From NCBI GenBank assembly GCA_900757195.1, contig CAAEMZ010000033.1, positions 51,678 to 115,677 on the forward strand: a DNA stretch of 64,000 nt, in the 5' to 3' direction. A program made the translations under genes and the position numbers. Origin of the DNA: Lachnospiraceae bacterium. Lineage in GTDB: Bacteria; Bacillota; Clostridia; Lachnospirales; Lachnospiraceae. Under the pieces are notes generated by a model. It had not been told where the DNA came from. It was given only the letters and a program-made list of their open reading frames with translations, and made no database searches. Positions 1-10,454 of the stretch are shown here, one piece after another; within the stretch, counting starts at the first letter, position 1, and the number at the start of each line of letters is the position of its first letter.

Positions 1-1
1 T

Positions 2-1732
2 CCGCTGGCGGTAGAGCAGGGGGTGTGCTTTGGTTCTTATGAAAAGGGAAATAATCACTGTGCGGCGCTGCAAAAAAGGATAAGCTTAAATCCGGGCGAA
101 TCCATACGGCTGGTCTGGATGCTCGGTGAGGGCGGCCGGGAAGATGGACGGCGAATTCGGGAAAAATACAGGGATTTTTCAGCGGTTGATGCGGCGTTTA
201 AAGATCTGGCCGGGTATTGGGATAAAAAGCTTTCCAGACTTCAGGTATCCACACCGAACCCGGATATGAATACGATGCTGAATATCTGGAATCTGTATCA
301 GAGCGAAGTGAATATTATGTTCTCCCGTTTTGCATCCTTCATTGAAGTCGGCGGACGAACCGGACTCGGTTACCGGGATACGGCGCAGGATGCCATGATG
401 GTCCCTCATTCCAATCCGGAAAAGTGTAAGGAGCGGATTCTTCAGTTGATGCAGGGGCTTACCAGCTATGGTTATGGACTGCATCTCTTCGACCCGGCCT
501 GGTTTGGCCCGCAGCCGGAGAAGCCGGCCTATAAATCACCGACAGTCATTCCGACACCGGATAAGGCGGGGATTGTCCATGGTCTGGAAGATGCCTGTGC
601 CGATGACGCACTGTGGCTGGTGGCGGCGGTTGCCGAATATGTCCGTGAGACCGGAGAAATGGATTTCTGCGATGCGGCTGCAGGCTATGCCGATGGCGGC
701 GAGGGCACGGTCTATGAACATATGAAAAAAATTTTGGATTTTTCTGCGGAACAGATCGGCAGCCATGGCATATGCAAAGGCCTGCGGGCGGACTGGAATG
801 ACTGCCTGAATCTGGGGGGCGGCGAGAGCGCGATGGTTTCCTTCCTCCATGTGTGGGCGCTGGGACATTTTGTGGACTTAGCCCGGGCGCTGGGACGGGA
901 GGCGGATGCCGGACATTATGAAGCGATGCGGATCTGTGTGGCGGACACCTGCCGTCGTGAACTTTGGGACGGGGACTGGTATCTCCGGGGCATTACCGCA
1001 GACGGACGGAAAATCGGCACCCATGTCGATACGGAGGGCAAAGTGCATCTGGAGAGCAATGCCTGGGCGGTACTTTCCGGCGCTGCGGATGCAGTACAGG
1101 GAAGAAAAGCCATGGATGCTGTGGATACCTATCTCTACACAGACTGGGGACTGCGGCTGAATGCGCCTTCGTATACAAAACCGGATGACGGGATTGGATT
1201 TATTACCCGGGTATATCCGGGGGTGAAGGAGAACGGGTCTGTTTTTTCCCATCCAAACCCATGGGCGTGGTGTGCGGAGGCCATGCTGGGGCGCGGAGAA
1301 CGGGCGATGAAGTTTTATAATGCCCTCTGTCCGGCGCGGCAGAATGATAAAATAGAAATACGGCAGAGCGAACCCTATGCCTATTGTCAGTTTATTATGG
1401 GACCTGACCATACGGCGTTTGGACGGGCGCGGCATCCGTTTATGACCGGCTCCGGCGGCTGGAGTTATTTTGCAGCCACCCGGTATCTGCTCGGGGTGCG
1501 GCCTCAGTTTGACGGTCTTCAAATCGATCCGTGTATTCCGTCCGATTGGAAACAGTTTGAAATGACCCGCTGCTGGCGAGGCGCCGAATACCACATTACG
1601 GTACATAATCCGGAAGGCGTGGAAAAGGGCGTGGTTTCGGTTGTCTGTGACGGAAAGGTCTGTGATGGCCGGATACCTGTGATGGAGAGCGGAACGGTTC
1701 ACGAAGTCGTTGTTACTATGGGAAGGGAGTAG
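2..1732 (+). CDS. chbP: GH94 glycoside phosphorylase, N,N'-diacetylchitobiose phosphorylase-like (5' end outside window)
   Basis: Frame open from position 2; motifs SRFASFIEVGGRTGLGYRDTAQD, GLRADWNDCLNLGGGES (catalytic DWND), YPGVKENGSVFSHPNPW typical of ChbP. Confidence 0.85.
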   Translation, partial: PLAVEQGVCFGSYEKGNNHCAALQKRISLNPGESIRLVWMLGEGGREDGRRIREKYRDFSAVDAAFKDLAGYWDKKLSRLQVSTPNPDMNTMLNIWNLYQSEVNIMFSRFASFIEVGGRTGLGYRDTAQDAMMVPHSNPEKCKERILQLMQGLTSYGYGLHLFDPAWFGPQPEKPAYKSPTVIPTPDKAGIVHGLEDACADDALWLVAAVAEYVRETGEMDFCDAAAGYADGGEGTVYEHMKKILDFSAEQIGSHGICKGLRADWNDCLNLGGGESAMVSFLHVWALGHFVDLARALGREADAGHYEAMRICVADTCRRELWDGDWYLRGITADGRKIGTHVDTEGKVHLESNAWAVLSGAADAVQGRKAMDAVDTYLYTDWGLRLNAPSYTKPDDGIGFITRVYPGVKENGSVFSHPNPWAWCAEAMLGRGERAMKFYNALCPARQNDKIEIRQSEPYAYCQFIMGPDHTAFGRARHPFMTGSGGWSYFAATRYLLGVRPQFDGLQIDPCIPSDWKQFEMTRCWRGAEYHITVHNPEGVEKGVVSVVCDGKVCDGRIPVMESGTVHEVVVTMGRE

Positions 1733-1738
1733 TCATAT

Positions 1739-3163
1739 ATGGGGATTGAATTTGGTACCGGTGGCTGGCGTGCAATCATCGGAGATGGGTTTACAAGAGC
1801 GAATGTTCAGCTTCTGACGGCGGCTCTGGCACAGAAGATGAAGGATGAAAATGGTGCGGAACGGGGATTTATGATCGGCTATGACCGACGGTTTCTTTCA
1901 CGGGAAGCCACCTGCTGGGCGGCGGAGGTAATGGCCGGAGCCGGTATCCGCTGTATGGTGATCGACCGGGAGGCGCCGACACCGTTGGTTATGTTTTCGG
2001 TAAAATACTATGACCTTCCTTATGGTATGGCTGTTACGGCCAGCCATAATCCGGCGATTTATAACGGGATTAAAGTATTTACAAAGGGGGGACGGGATGC
2101 GGACGAGCTGGTCACCCGGGATATCGAGAAATACATTGCGAAAATGAAAGACAGAGAAATTCCGGTTGTTCCCTATGAAGAAGGGGTACGTACGGGATGG
2201 ATTCTTCCCATTGATCCGATGAATCCCTATGTGGATTCCATTATCCGAGCCGTGAACATGGATGCCATACGTTCCTGTAATCTGAAAGTAGTTCTGGACC
2301 CGATGTATGGCGTATCCAAAACGGCGCTTCAGACAATATTGATTACTGCCCGGTGCGATGTGGATGTGATCCATGAGCGGAGGGATGCGTTGTTTGGCGG
2401 ACGTCTTCCTGCGCCGAATGAGAAGACACTGGCAGGTCTGCAGAATTTTGTGGAAGAGCATCACTGCGACATCGGTATTGCTACGGACGGAGATGCGGAC
2501 CGTCTTGGGATTATTGATGACTGTGGGGAATTTGTACATCCGAATAAAATTCTCGTGCTGCTGTATTATTACCTGCTAAAATATAAAGGATGGCACGGCG
2601 CTGCGGTCCGCAATATTGCGACGACCCATTTGCTGGATGCCATTGCCGATGATTTTGGCGAACGCTGTTATGAAGTGCCAGTGGGCTTTAAATATATTTC
2701 CGGAAAAATGGCTGAAACCGGCGCTGTGATCGGCGGAGAAAGCTCCGGAGGCCTTACCGTCCGCGGACATATTCAGGGAAAAGACGGCATTTACGCTGCA
2801 ACGCTGCTGGTGGAGATGATGGCAACCACCGGACGCCGCATTTCGGAACTCTATCAGGAAATTACGGAAAAATACGGGACTTTTGAGATGGAAGAACGGA
2901 ATTATAAGTTTTCTTCCGGAGAAAAAGAACGTATCATGAAGATTCTTATGCAGGATAAAGGGCTGCCCGAGTTTGAACAGGAAGTCGAACGTGTCAGCTA
3001 TGCCGATGGCTGTAAGGTTTACTTTAAAGACGGCGGCTGGGTCATTGGACGTTTTTCGGGTACCGAACCGCTGCTGCGGATTTTCTGTGAAATGCCCACT
3101 CTGGAAGAAGCCCGGGCTGTCACCGGACGGATGGAAAAATTTCTGGAATTAAAGCATCGGTAA
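1739..3163 (+). CDS. Phosphohexomutase (PGM/PMM family), probably GlcNAc-1-phosphate mutase
   Basis: FGTGGWRA N-terminus, TASHNP phosphoserine loop, DGDADR metal loop, GESSGG, RFSGTEP; 6 bp after chbP. Confidence 0.88.
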   Translation: MGIEFGTGGWRAIIGDGFTRANVQLLTAALAQKMKDENGAERGFMIGYDRRFLSREATCWAAEVMAGAGIRCMVIDREAPTPLVMFSVKYYDLPYGMAVTASHNPAIYNGIKVFTKGGRDADELVTRDIEKYIAKMKDREIPVVPYEEGVRTGWILPIDPMNPYVDSIIRAVNMDAIRSCNLKVVLDPMYGVSKTALQTILITARCDVDVIHERRDALFGGRLPAPNEKTLAGLQNFVEEHHCDIGIATDGDADRLGIIDDCGEFVHPNKILVLLYYYLLKYKGWHGAAVRNIATTHLLDAIADDFGERCYEVPVGFKYISGKMAETGAVIGGESSGGLTVRGHIQGKDGIYAATLLVEMMATTGRRISELYQEITEKYGTFEMEERNYKFSSGEKERIMKILMQDKGLPEFEQEVERVSYADGCKVYFKDGGWVIGRFSGTEPLLRIFCEMPTLEEARAVTGRMEKFLELKHR

Positions 3164-3185
3164 AAATATGCGGAAGTAAAAATAT

Positions 3186-3219
3186 GCGGAACTGCACAGA
3201 AAGCAGCTCCGCTTTTTTT
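3186..3219 (+). terminator. Intrinsic terminator after the mutase
   Basis: gcggaactgc-acagaaa-gcagctccgc followed by T7. Confidence 0.7.
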
Positions 3220-3283
3220 CTTCCGTGAAAGTGTGATATAATAATTCTCAATGAATGATTTACAGATTAGAGGAGAAAAATCC

Positions 3284-4981
3284 ATGAAAAAACCAAAGCA
3301 AACGATGTCTCTGCGCCGGCAGATGGTGGTGATTATACTGGTGTGCTGGCTGCTTCCGGTACTGATGGCCGTATTTATTATGGGATGGTATCTCATCAGC
3401 AGTCTCGGTCAGGGCGCAAAGCAGTCCCTGTCCGAGCAGTTTCAGGTCAATCTGCAGATGTGCGCGGACCGGGTGGACAGTGCGGTGGAAGCGTCCCGGC
3501 TGGCATCTTATGATTCTTCCATCAAGGATGCCTGGGAAACCTATGAACTGGACGGGTGGTATCCGGCACTTTATAAGGAAACCCAGGCGTTTTTAAACCG
3601 CCAGTATGGTTCGGACAGCCGGTTTCAGTTTTCGACGTTCTGGTTTTCTGAAAATCCGGAAGAAATGACGCTGGCGACATCCAACGGGGTTTCGGGCAGC
3701 GGATATACGGAGGTCCGGCGTTTCTGGTCGGAGGATTTTGAGGCGGCAAAGACACTGGCTCTGAACCTTGATACAGCGGTGGGGTTTTTAGAACGGGATG
3801 GCCGGGTATATCTCGTCCGGAACCTGATGGATTCCGACTACCGTACCATGGGGGTGCTCGTCCTGGCGCTGAATTTTCCCTATTATTTCGAAGATATGGG
3901 CACCCTGCCCTGGGTATCTTCTGTGGAAGTGACACTGGGAGCGGACGCGGCCATTGCTGTTCTGGGGGAGATACCTGCCGATGCCCGGGATGTGATCCAG
4001 GCGGTATCCGATGGAAACGGCTATAAGATTTTGGCCAGAGCCGGATTGAATTACGGCGTTTTGCTGGCGCCCTTCACGGCCTATATCTATTTGTTTGTCG
4101 GTATGTTATTACTGCTCCTGCCGATGCTGTTGATTACATTTCAATTTTTTAAGCAAAAGGTGAATGAACCGGTGGAAAAATTGATGGCAGGGGCGGCGCA
4201 GATTGAACAGGGGAAATTGGGGTATCAGCTTTCTTATCAGGCAAACAGCCGGGAATTCCAGTATCTGACCGATTCCTACAATCATATGTCGGGGCAGCTC
4301 CAGCATCAGTTTAACCGGCTTTATCAGGAGGAACTGGCTTTGCGGGACGCTCATATCAAAGCGCTTCAGGCCCACATTAATCCGCATTTCCTGAATAATA
4401 CACTGGAAATTATCAACTGGGAGGCGCGTATGGGCGAAAATACAAAGGTTTCCAGAATGATTGAATCCCTTTCCACCGTGCTGGATGCGGCGCTGGACCG
4501 GAATCGGAAACCGGAAGTGCGTCTGGCGGAGGAAATGACTTATGTAAACGCCTATCTTTACATCATTACCGAGCGTTTTGGCAAACGAATCAATGTCTCT
4601 ATAGATTTGCCGGAGGCGTTGATGGATTTCAAAGTGCCAAGGCTGATTCTCCAGCCCGTTATTGAAAATGCGGTAGAGCATGGGATCGGTCCGTCGGGTC
4701 ATGGAACGGTTTCAATACGGGGATACAAAGCGGACGGCTGTTTGATCTTGGAGATAGAAAATGGGGGCGGACTTTCTGTTCAGGATGAGGCGCATATTGA
4801 GCGCCTTCTGGCGGCAGATTACGATGCCGGACGGGAAACTTCCGGAAATATCGGCATTGCCAATGTGAATCAGCGTCTGCGGATTCTTTATGGGGATGGC
4901 TGCGGTCTGTCGATTTTCCGGGGCGAGGGCAGTCAGGTCATTGCACGGCTCAGGATTTCCGTCTCCGAAGAGAAAGACTGA
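3284..4981 (+). CDS. YesM-like sensor histidine kinase (2 TM, HAMP, His_kinase, HATPase)
   Basis: ALQAHINPHFLNNTLE and ILQPVIENAVEHG motifs; AGGAG RBS before ATG 3284. Confidence 0.9.
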   Translation: MKKPKQTMSLRRQMVVIILVCWLLPVLMAVFIMGWYLISSLGQGAKQSLSEQFQVNLQMCADRVDSAVEASRLASYDSSIKDAWETYELDGWYPALYKETQAFLNRQYGSDSRFQFSTFWFSENPEEMTLATSNGVSGSGYTEVRRFWSEDFEAAKTLALNLDTAVGFLERDGRVYLVRNLMDSDYRTMGVLVLALNFPYYFEDMGTLPWVSSVEVTLGADAAIAVLGEIPADARDVIQAVSDGNGYKILARAGLNYGVLLAPFTAYIYLFVGMLLLLLPMLLITFQFFKQKVNEPVEKLMAGAAQIEQGKLGYQLSYQANSREFQYLTDSYNHMSGQLQHQFNRLYQEELALRDAHIKALQAHINPHFLNNTLEIINWEARMGENTKVSRMIESLSTVLDAALDRNRKPEVRLAEEMTYVNAYLYIITERFGKRINVSIDLPEALMDFKVPRLILQPVIENAVEHGIGPSGHGTVSIRGYKADGCLILEIENGGGLSVQDEAHIERLLAADYDAGRETSGNIGIANVNQRLRILYGDGCGLSIFRGEGSQVIARLRISVSEEKD

Positions 4982-5000
4982 CTCTGGCTGTCCAATTCCA

Positions 5001-5062
5001 ACAACAAGGTACAACAAATAGCAACGCCAACGCTTTGTTCTTTGGCGAAACCGTTGTATATT
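5001..5062 (+). promoter_or_regulatory. Candidate activator direct repeats plus weak sigmaA promoter of the ABC operon
   Basis: ACAACAA (5001), ACAACAA (5011), GCAAC (5021) at 10-bp period; TTGTTC-16-TATATT at 5035-5062. Confidence 0.45.
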
Positions 5063-5115
5063 AAATTTATACAAAATGAGAAGGAAAATTTTTAAAAAAT
5101 TAGGGAGTTTGTACT

Positions 5116-6459
5116 ATGAAAAGAAAAAGTTTAGTTGCAATGTTGGTTGTTTTTGCTATGTCCGTGTCTCTTCTCGCCGGATGCGGAAGCAAAACAGAAA
5201 AACCTGCTGAAACGACAAAAAAGACAGAGGAAAGTAAGGAAGATGCAAAAGCGGCAGAACCTACGGAAATCACAGTCGTTACATCCTACGGCGGCGATGA
5301 CGGTAACCGTCAGAATTATGAAAACGCTGTAGCATCCTACCAGGAAGCCACAGGAAATACGGTGATGGACGCTTCTGCAACATCGAATGAAGAATGGAAA
5401 GCAAAGGTTCTCACAGACTTTGAAACAGGTACAGAACCGGACGTTTTATTCTTCTTTACAAACGCAGATGCTGAGCCGTTTATCGAAGCCGGCAAAGTTG
5501 TAGATATCGCAACAATCCGTGAAACATATCCGGAATATGCAGATAACATGAAGGATTCTATGATGGCAGCTGCAGCCGATGGAAAGAACTACGCAGTTCC
5601 GTCCTCAGGATTCTGGGAAAACATGTTTGTAAACAAAAAAGTTCTTGCAGATTGTAATATTGAAGTTCCCGGACCGGATTACACATGGGATCAGTTCCTT
5701 GCAGACTGTCAGACAATCAAAGATAAAGGCTATACACCAATCGCCGTTTCTCTGTTTGAAGTACCTCATTACTGGTTCGAGTTCGTTCTTATGAACAACG
5801 GTACAATGGCAAATCAGTTAGAAGTTCCTGCAGTAGACGCCGACGGAAAACTCGTTGAAGACGCTGTTTCTGAAAAATGGGTTAATGGTCTCAATGATAT
5901 GAAAGACCTTTATGAAAAAGGTTTCTTCCCGGAAAACACGCTGACTGCTAAAGATGCGGATACAGTTCAGTTATTCGCAGAAGGCGAAGCAGCATTCTTA
6001 ATTGACGGTTCCTGGAAAGTGGGTCACTTTGTAGACAACTATGCGGACCAGTTGGAAGATTATGCAATTTCTTATGTTCCTGCAAAGGGCGAACGTAAAG
6101 CCACAGAAGCCCTCGGTGGAATTTCCATGGGTTACTTTATTACAAAGAAAGCCTGGGATGATCCTGCAAAACAGGCGGCAGCCGTTGCATTTGTAGAACA
6201 TATGACATCCGATGAAATCATGTCCACATTCGTTACGACAGAAGTTACAGCACTTAAAAACGGTGCATCTCCGGAAGGCCTGAACAGTCTCCAGCAGTCT
6301 GCTGCAGATGCAAACAACAATATTACCGGCATCACCGGCGCTGTACAGGATACGATCACAAGTGAATGTAAAACAGATCTGTTTGCAAATATTCAGCATG
6401 TAGTTACTGGTGAAATGACGGCTGAAGAAGCTATCGCTTCCGCCATCGCCCTTAACTGA
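5116..6459 (+). CDS. Carbohydrate ABC transporter substrate-binding lipoprotein
   Basis: Lipobox LLAGC, K/E-rich linker, SBP_bac_1-like FAEGEAAFLIDGSW. Confidence 0.9.
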   Translation: MKRKSLVAMLVVFAMSVSLLAGCGSKTEKPAETTKKTEESKEDAKAAEPTEITVVTSYGGDDGNRQNYENAVASYQEATGNTVMDASATSNEEWKAKVLTDFETGTEPDVLFFFTNADAEPFIEAGKVVDIATIRETYPEYADNMKDSMMAAAADGKNYAVPSSGFWENMFVNKKVLADCNIEVPGPDYTWDQFLADCQTIKDKGYTPIAVSLFEVPHYWFEFVLMNNGTMANQLEVPAVDADGKLVEDAVSEKWVNGLNDMKDLYEKGFFPENTLTAKDADTVQLFAEGEAAFLIDGSWKVGHFVDNYADQLEDYAISYVPAKGERKATEALGGISMGYFITKKAWDDPAKQAAAVAFVEHMTSDEIMSTFVTTEVTALKNGASPEGLNSLQQSAADANNNITGITGAVQDTITSECKTDLFANIQHVVTGEMTAEEAIASAIALN

Positions 6460-6474
6460 ATGATTTGAAACCGG

Positions 6475-6504
6475 AAAAAGGGGCTGCGTATCAGCCCCTT
6501 TTTT
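6475..6504 (+). terminator. Hairpin/partial terminator after the binding-protein gene
   Basis: aaaaaggggctg-cgtat-cagcccctttttt. Confidence 0.7.
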
Positions 6505-6532
6505 ATTCGATAAGAAAAGGGAGTGAATAGGT

Positions 6533-7447
6533 ATGAGTTCTACCCTCTATAAAAGGAAAACACCGTTGATCGTGTTTCTGGTTCCGGCGTTTATCTTTTT
6601 ACTTTTATTTCTTTATTATCCGTTTGTTCAGAATATCATTAACAGCTTTTCGGATATTACCGGACTGGGGGCGCCTTCGGCGGGCTTAAACAGTCCGTGG
6701 TACGCCAACTATGCGGCCCTGTTTACAGACCCGAAGCTGCGTACAGCTCTTTTTAATACGATTATTCTCACCATCTGCACGGTGGTGTTTCAGGTAGGCG
6801 TCGCCCTGATTCTGGCGCTCCTGGTAGATTCCATCCGGGTGGGGGCACAGCTTTTCCGTACCCTCTATTTTTTCCCAATCGTCATTTCTGCGACGGCTCT
6901 GGGACTGATGTTTAACCTTATTTTTTTGTACAATGGCGGTATGCTGAATCAGCTTCTGGAAAATGCGGGGCTCATTGCCAAGAGTATTGACTGGAAGGAC
7001 GACGGCCTGTTTTTTGGCGTTCTTCCGCATTTCCTTGTAACCATGTTTACACCGGTCATGTGGCAGTATGTGGGCTTTTATTTTGTCATTATTGTGACCG
7101 GGCTGAATAACATCCCGGAAGATCTGTATGAAGCGGCGGCCCTGGATGGCTGTACCGGTCTAGCCCGGGTGCGCTATATCACACTGCCGCTGTTACGCAA
7201 TGTGTTGTGTACATGTCTCGTACTTGCGATTACAGGTGCGCTGAAGGTGTTTGACCTGCCGTGGGTTATGTTTGGCGCGGGCATGCCTCAGGATCAGGGA
7301 TGGCTGACCGGTACCTATATGTACGATCAGACCTTTAACCGGGGAAATGTTGACTATGGTTCGACGATCGCAATGCTCATCGTCATCCTTGGCGTTATAT
7401 TATCCAATGTGGCGAACCGCGTGTTCCGGCCAAGTGACGATCTTTAA
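6533..7447 (+). CDS. Carbohydrate ABC transporter permease 1
   Basis: Multiple TM segments; EAA loop LYEAAALDGC. Confidence 0.92.
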   Translation: MSSTLYKRKTPLIVFLVPAFIFLLLFLYYPFVQNIINSFSDITGLGAPSAGLNSPWYANYAALFTDPKLRTALFNTIILTICTVVFQVGVALILALLVDSIRVGAQLFRTLYFFPIVISATALGLMFNLIFLYNGGMLNQLLENAGLIAKSIDWKDDGLFFGVLPHFLVTMFTPVMWQYVGFYFVIIVTGLNNIPEDLYEAAALDGCTGLARVRYITLPLLRNVLCTCLVLAITGALKVFDLPWVMFGAGMPQDQGWLTGTYMYDQTFNRGNVDYGSTIAMLIVILGVILSNVANRVFRPSDDL

Positions 7448-7461
7448 AAGGGGGGAGCGTT

Positions 7462-8328
7462 TTGAAAAAGGTTCATAAGCCGATAAAACCGGCAAAAATC
7501 GTGACCTATGCGGTATTGATTTTCTGGGGTCTTACTACCCTGTACCCATTTATCTGGGTTATTCTCAATTCCTTCCGTGAAAAGGGACTGATCCGTAAGG
7601 ATTCCTTTTCCATTCCTCTGCCGGGCAAAGGATTTACGCTGGCCAACTACGAACTTGCTATGGACCGGTTTGATTTTGGCAATGCGTATTTCAACAGCCT
7701 TCTGGTTTCGATTTCGGTGACGATCGTTGTTGTGCTGCTGGCGGGACTGGCAGCCTATGGTCTGGTCCGGTATCGTTTCCGGGGCCGTAACCTGTTATAC
7801 AGTTTGATTATGGCCGGGATGATGTTCCCGGTATTCTCGACGATTATTCCGGTATTCCGGATGGAAGTGGCTATGGGAATCGCCAGCACCGGTAACCGCT
7901 GGCTCAGTCTTCTGGCGGTTATTCTGCCTCAGATTGCAGGCAATCTGTGTTTCGCAACGATCGTACTGATGGGGTTTATTCAGTCGGTGCCGATCGATCT
8001 GGAGGAGAGCGCTTATGTGGACGGCTGCAACGTGTTCCAGGTGTATTTTCATATTATCATGCCAGCGGCCAAATCTTCATTTGCCACGGTGGCTATTTTC
8101 TCCTTCCTGTGGAGCTATAATGACCTGTTTACTCAGAACTTTTTCCTTCGTTTTCCGAAGGAGAAGACGATCACGCTGCTGCTGAATGAAATCAGCTCCC
8201 AGGCCGGGGTGAACTATGGTCTGATGGCTGCATCCGTTGTGCTTATTGTTATTCCTGTACTTATTGTTTACGTGATGCTGCAGAAGCACATTATCAAGGG
8301 ACTGACAGCAGGGGCCATCAAAGGCTGA
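7462..8328 (+). CDS. Carbohydrate ABC transporter permease 2
   Basis: TTG start after GGGGGAG; LEESAYVDGC EAA loop; GLTAGAIKG C-terminus. Confidence 0.92.
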   Translation: MKKVHKPIKPAKIVTYAVLIFWGLTTLYPFIWVILNSFREKGLIRKDSFSIPLPGKGFTLANYELAMDRFDFGNAYFNSLLVSISVTIVVVLLAGLAAYGLVRYRFRGRNLLYSLIMAGMMFPVFSTIIPVFRMEVAMGIASTGNRWLSLLAVILPQIAGNLCFATIVLMGFIQSVPIDLEESAYVDGCNVFQVYFHIIMPAAKSSFATVAIFSFLWSYNDLFTQNFFLRFPKEKTITLLLNEISSQAGVNYGLMAASVVLIVIPVLIVYVMLQKHIIKGLTAGAIKG

Positions 8329-8405
8329 TTCTGCGGAGACTTGTCGGATACGGCGGGGTCTGGTATTCTATAGATATAAGATTTGCAGTTGGGGGAGTGC
8401 GTATC

Positions 8406-9173
8406 GTGTATCGGGTGGTTATTATTGATGATGAATCGATTATTGTGGAAGGGCTTCAACGGGTGATTGACTGGAAGTCCTATAACTGTCAGGTTGTGGC
8501 GACGGCCTGTGATGCGGTTTCCGGCGCGGATATTATCCGCCAGTGCCGGCCGCATATTATCTTTACAGATATTAAAATGCCGGGGGCGGATGGTCTGTCG
8601 ATGCTGGCAGGGTTGAAGGCAGAGTTTCCAAAGACGCAGATTACGGTATTAACCGGATATCGGGATTTTGAATATGCGCAAAAAGCCATACGGCTTGGGG
8701 TGTCCCGTTTTCTTTTAAAACCTTCGAAAATGGATGAGCTGGAGGAAGCGCTGGTCTATATGACGGGGGTGCTGGATACGCTGCCGGAGGAAAAGACAGA
8801 AATTTCCGGGAAGGAGGACGGCAGTGAGTCTGCCAACAGCTTTCTGGTCCGGCAGGCGCAGGCTTATATTGCGGAGCATTATGCCTGTCGGCTTTCGCTT
8901 CAGGAAGTGGCCGATCACTGTTACGTAAGCCAGTGGTATCTGTCCAAGCTGCTGCACAAGCATCTCGGGATTCCTTTTTATGATCTGCTGAACAGTGTCC
9001 GGGTGCAGAAAGCGAAGGAACTGCTGGAAAATCCGGCCCTTCGCATCAGTGAAATCGCCGAGCAGGTAGGATATGCCGATACGGCTCATTTTTCCAGAGT
9101 ATTTAAGAAAAGTGAAGGGATTCCTGCCGGAGACTGGCGGAATATAAACTGTGGGCGAAATGAGAAACAATAA
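8406..9173 (+). CDS. YesN-like response regulator (REC + AraC HTH)
   Basis: IIDDE, TDIKMPG, FLLKP receiver; C-terminal ISEIAEQVGYADTAHFSRVFKK; GTG 8406 fits RBS. Confidence 0.9.
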   Translation: MYRVVIIDDESIIVEGLQRVIDWKSYNCQVVATACDAVSGADIIRQCRPHIIFTDIKMPGADGLSMLAGLKAEFPKTQITVLTGYRDFEYAQKAIRLGVSRFLLKPSKMDELEEALVYMTGVLDTLPEEKTEISGKEDGSESANSFLVRQAQAYIAEHYACRLSLQEVADHCYVSQWYLSKLLHKHLGIPFYDLLNSVRVQKAKELLENPALRISEIAEQVGYADTAHFSRVFKKSEGIPAGDWRNINCGRNEKQ

Positions 9174-9245
9174 CAGATATAAGTGTAGAAACAGGGGATT
9201 TTCCGAAGATGTTCTGAACGGATCGGAGAATCTCCTGTTTTTGAT

Positions 9246-10427
9246 TTATTTAAGAAAGCTGCCCCGGACAACGGCGTCTTTACCGTACTTCCGGCGGATA
9301 TCATCAAGGGCCTTATCCAGCTTTCGAAGCTTCTGGCTGGTTTCCGGCTCAAAAAGGTTCATCTGCACCGTATCCTGGCCGGACAGTTTGGAAGTGCGGA
9401 TACCCAGAAGACGTATCGGCGTTCCGTCCCAGAGCTCGTCGAAAAGACGGCAGGCATAGCTGTAAATCGTATCGGTGCTCTGGCTCGGTGTCCGGAGAAG
9501 GGTCTGATGGGAAACGGTGTGGAAATTATGAAATTTAATTTCGACACTGACCATTCCGGCAAGCTGGCCGGCCCGCCGCAGCCGGGAAGAGACGGACTCG
9601 GAAAGAGACAGAAGCACTTTCAGGGCAGCGGCCCGTTCGGTGACATCGGAGGAAAGGGTTGTGGAATTCCCAATGCCTTTGGCGGTATGACGTTTCGCGT
9701 CGATGGGGGTGTATTCCAGCCCGTTGGCATATTCCCAGATGGTCTGACCGTGGGATTTTAGATGGGAGGTGAGGATGGCGGGATCTGTATGGGCCAGGTC
9801 ACCGATGTTTTTTATGCCGAGGAGCTCCAGCGTCCGGGCCGAAGATTTTCCGACCATAAACAGATCCCGGACGGGAAGAGGCCACATCTTTTGGGGGATT
9901 TCTTCAGGAAAAAGGGTGTGGACACGATCCGGCTTTGTGAAATCCGAGGCCATCTTTGCAAGGAGCCTGTTGGTGGAAATACCGATATTCACTGTAAAAC
10001 CGAGGCTGTCCCGGATATGTTTACGGATGATATGGGCGCCGGTAACGGGCGACCCGCCGTCTTCCGGAAAAGACACATAGGTCATAAAACATTCGTCAAT
10101 ACTGTAAGGATGAATATCCGGGGAATACTGGCTCAGTAAGTCCAGCATCTGATGGCTGCACTGCTGATAATAGCTGTGATCCGGCTGGACAATATGCAGG
10201 TGGGGGCACTTTTTCAGGGCATCGGTGATCGGTTCACCGGTGGTCACCTGAAAGGCTTTGGCCGGGATGGACTTTGCGAGAATAACGCCCCGGCGTTTGG
10301 AAATATCGCCGCCAATTGCGGAAGGAATCGTTCGGATATCCACGGATTCACCCTGGGCGAGCAGACGGATGGCCGTCCAGCTCAGATAGGCTGAATTCAC
10401 ATCAATATGAAAAATTATCGGATTCAT
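9246..10427 (-). CDS. dinB: DNA polymerase IV (Y family)
   Basis: HIDVNSAY, YSIDECF, LAKMASDFTKP motifs; ATG 10427 after AAGGTG. Confidence 0.92.
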   Translation of the reverse strand: MNPIIFHIDVNSAYLSWTAIRLLAQGESVDIRTIPSAIGGDISKRRGVILAKSIPAKAFQVTTGEPITDALKKCPHLHIVQPDHSYYQQCSHQMLDLLSQYSPDIHPYSIDECFMTYVSFPEDGGSPVTGAHIIRKHIRDSLGFTVNIGISTNRLLAKMASDFTKPDRVHTLFPEEIPQKMWPLPVRDLFMVGKSSARTLELLGIKNIGDLAHTDPAILTSHLKSHGQTIWEYANGLEYTPIDAKRHTAKGIGNSTTLSSDVTERAAALKVLLSLSESVSSRLRRAGQLAGMVSVEIKFHNFHTVSHQTLLRTPSQSTDTIYSYACRLFDELWDGTPIRLLGIRTSKLSGQDTVQMNLFEPETSQKLRKLDKALDDIRRKYGKDAVVRGSFLK

Positions 10428-10454
10428 ACGTATCACCTTCTAAAAGATATTTTT

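Noticed and set aside
878..1702. 274-aa antisense ORF over chbP and many similar shadow ORFs
   Set aside because: Opposite to well-supported genes, no recognisable motifs; expected from codon bias.
3160..3191. 16-bp tandem duplication gtaaaaatatgcggaa at the mutase stop
   Set aside because: Only two copies, overlapping the stop and terminator arm; most simply replication slippage.
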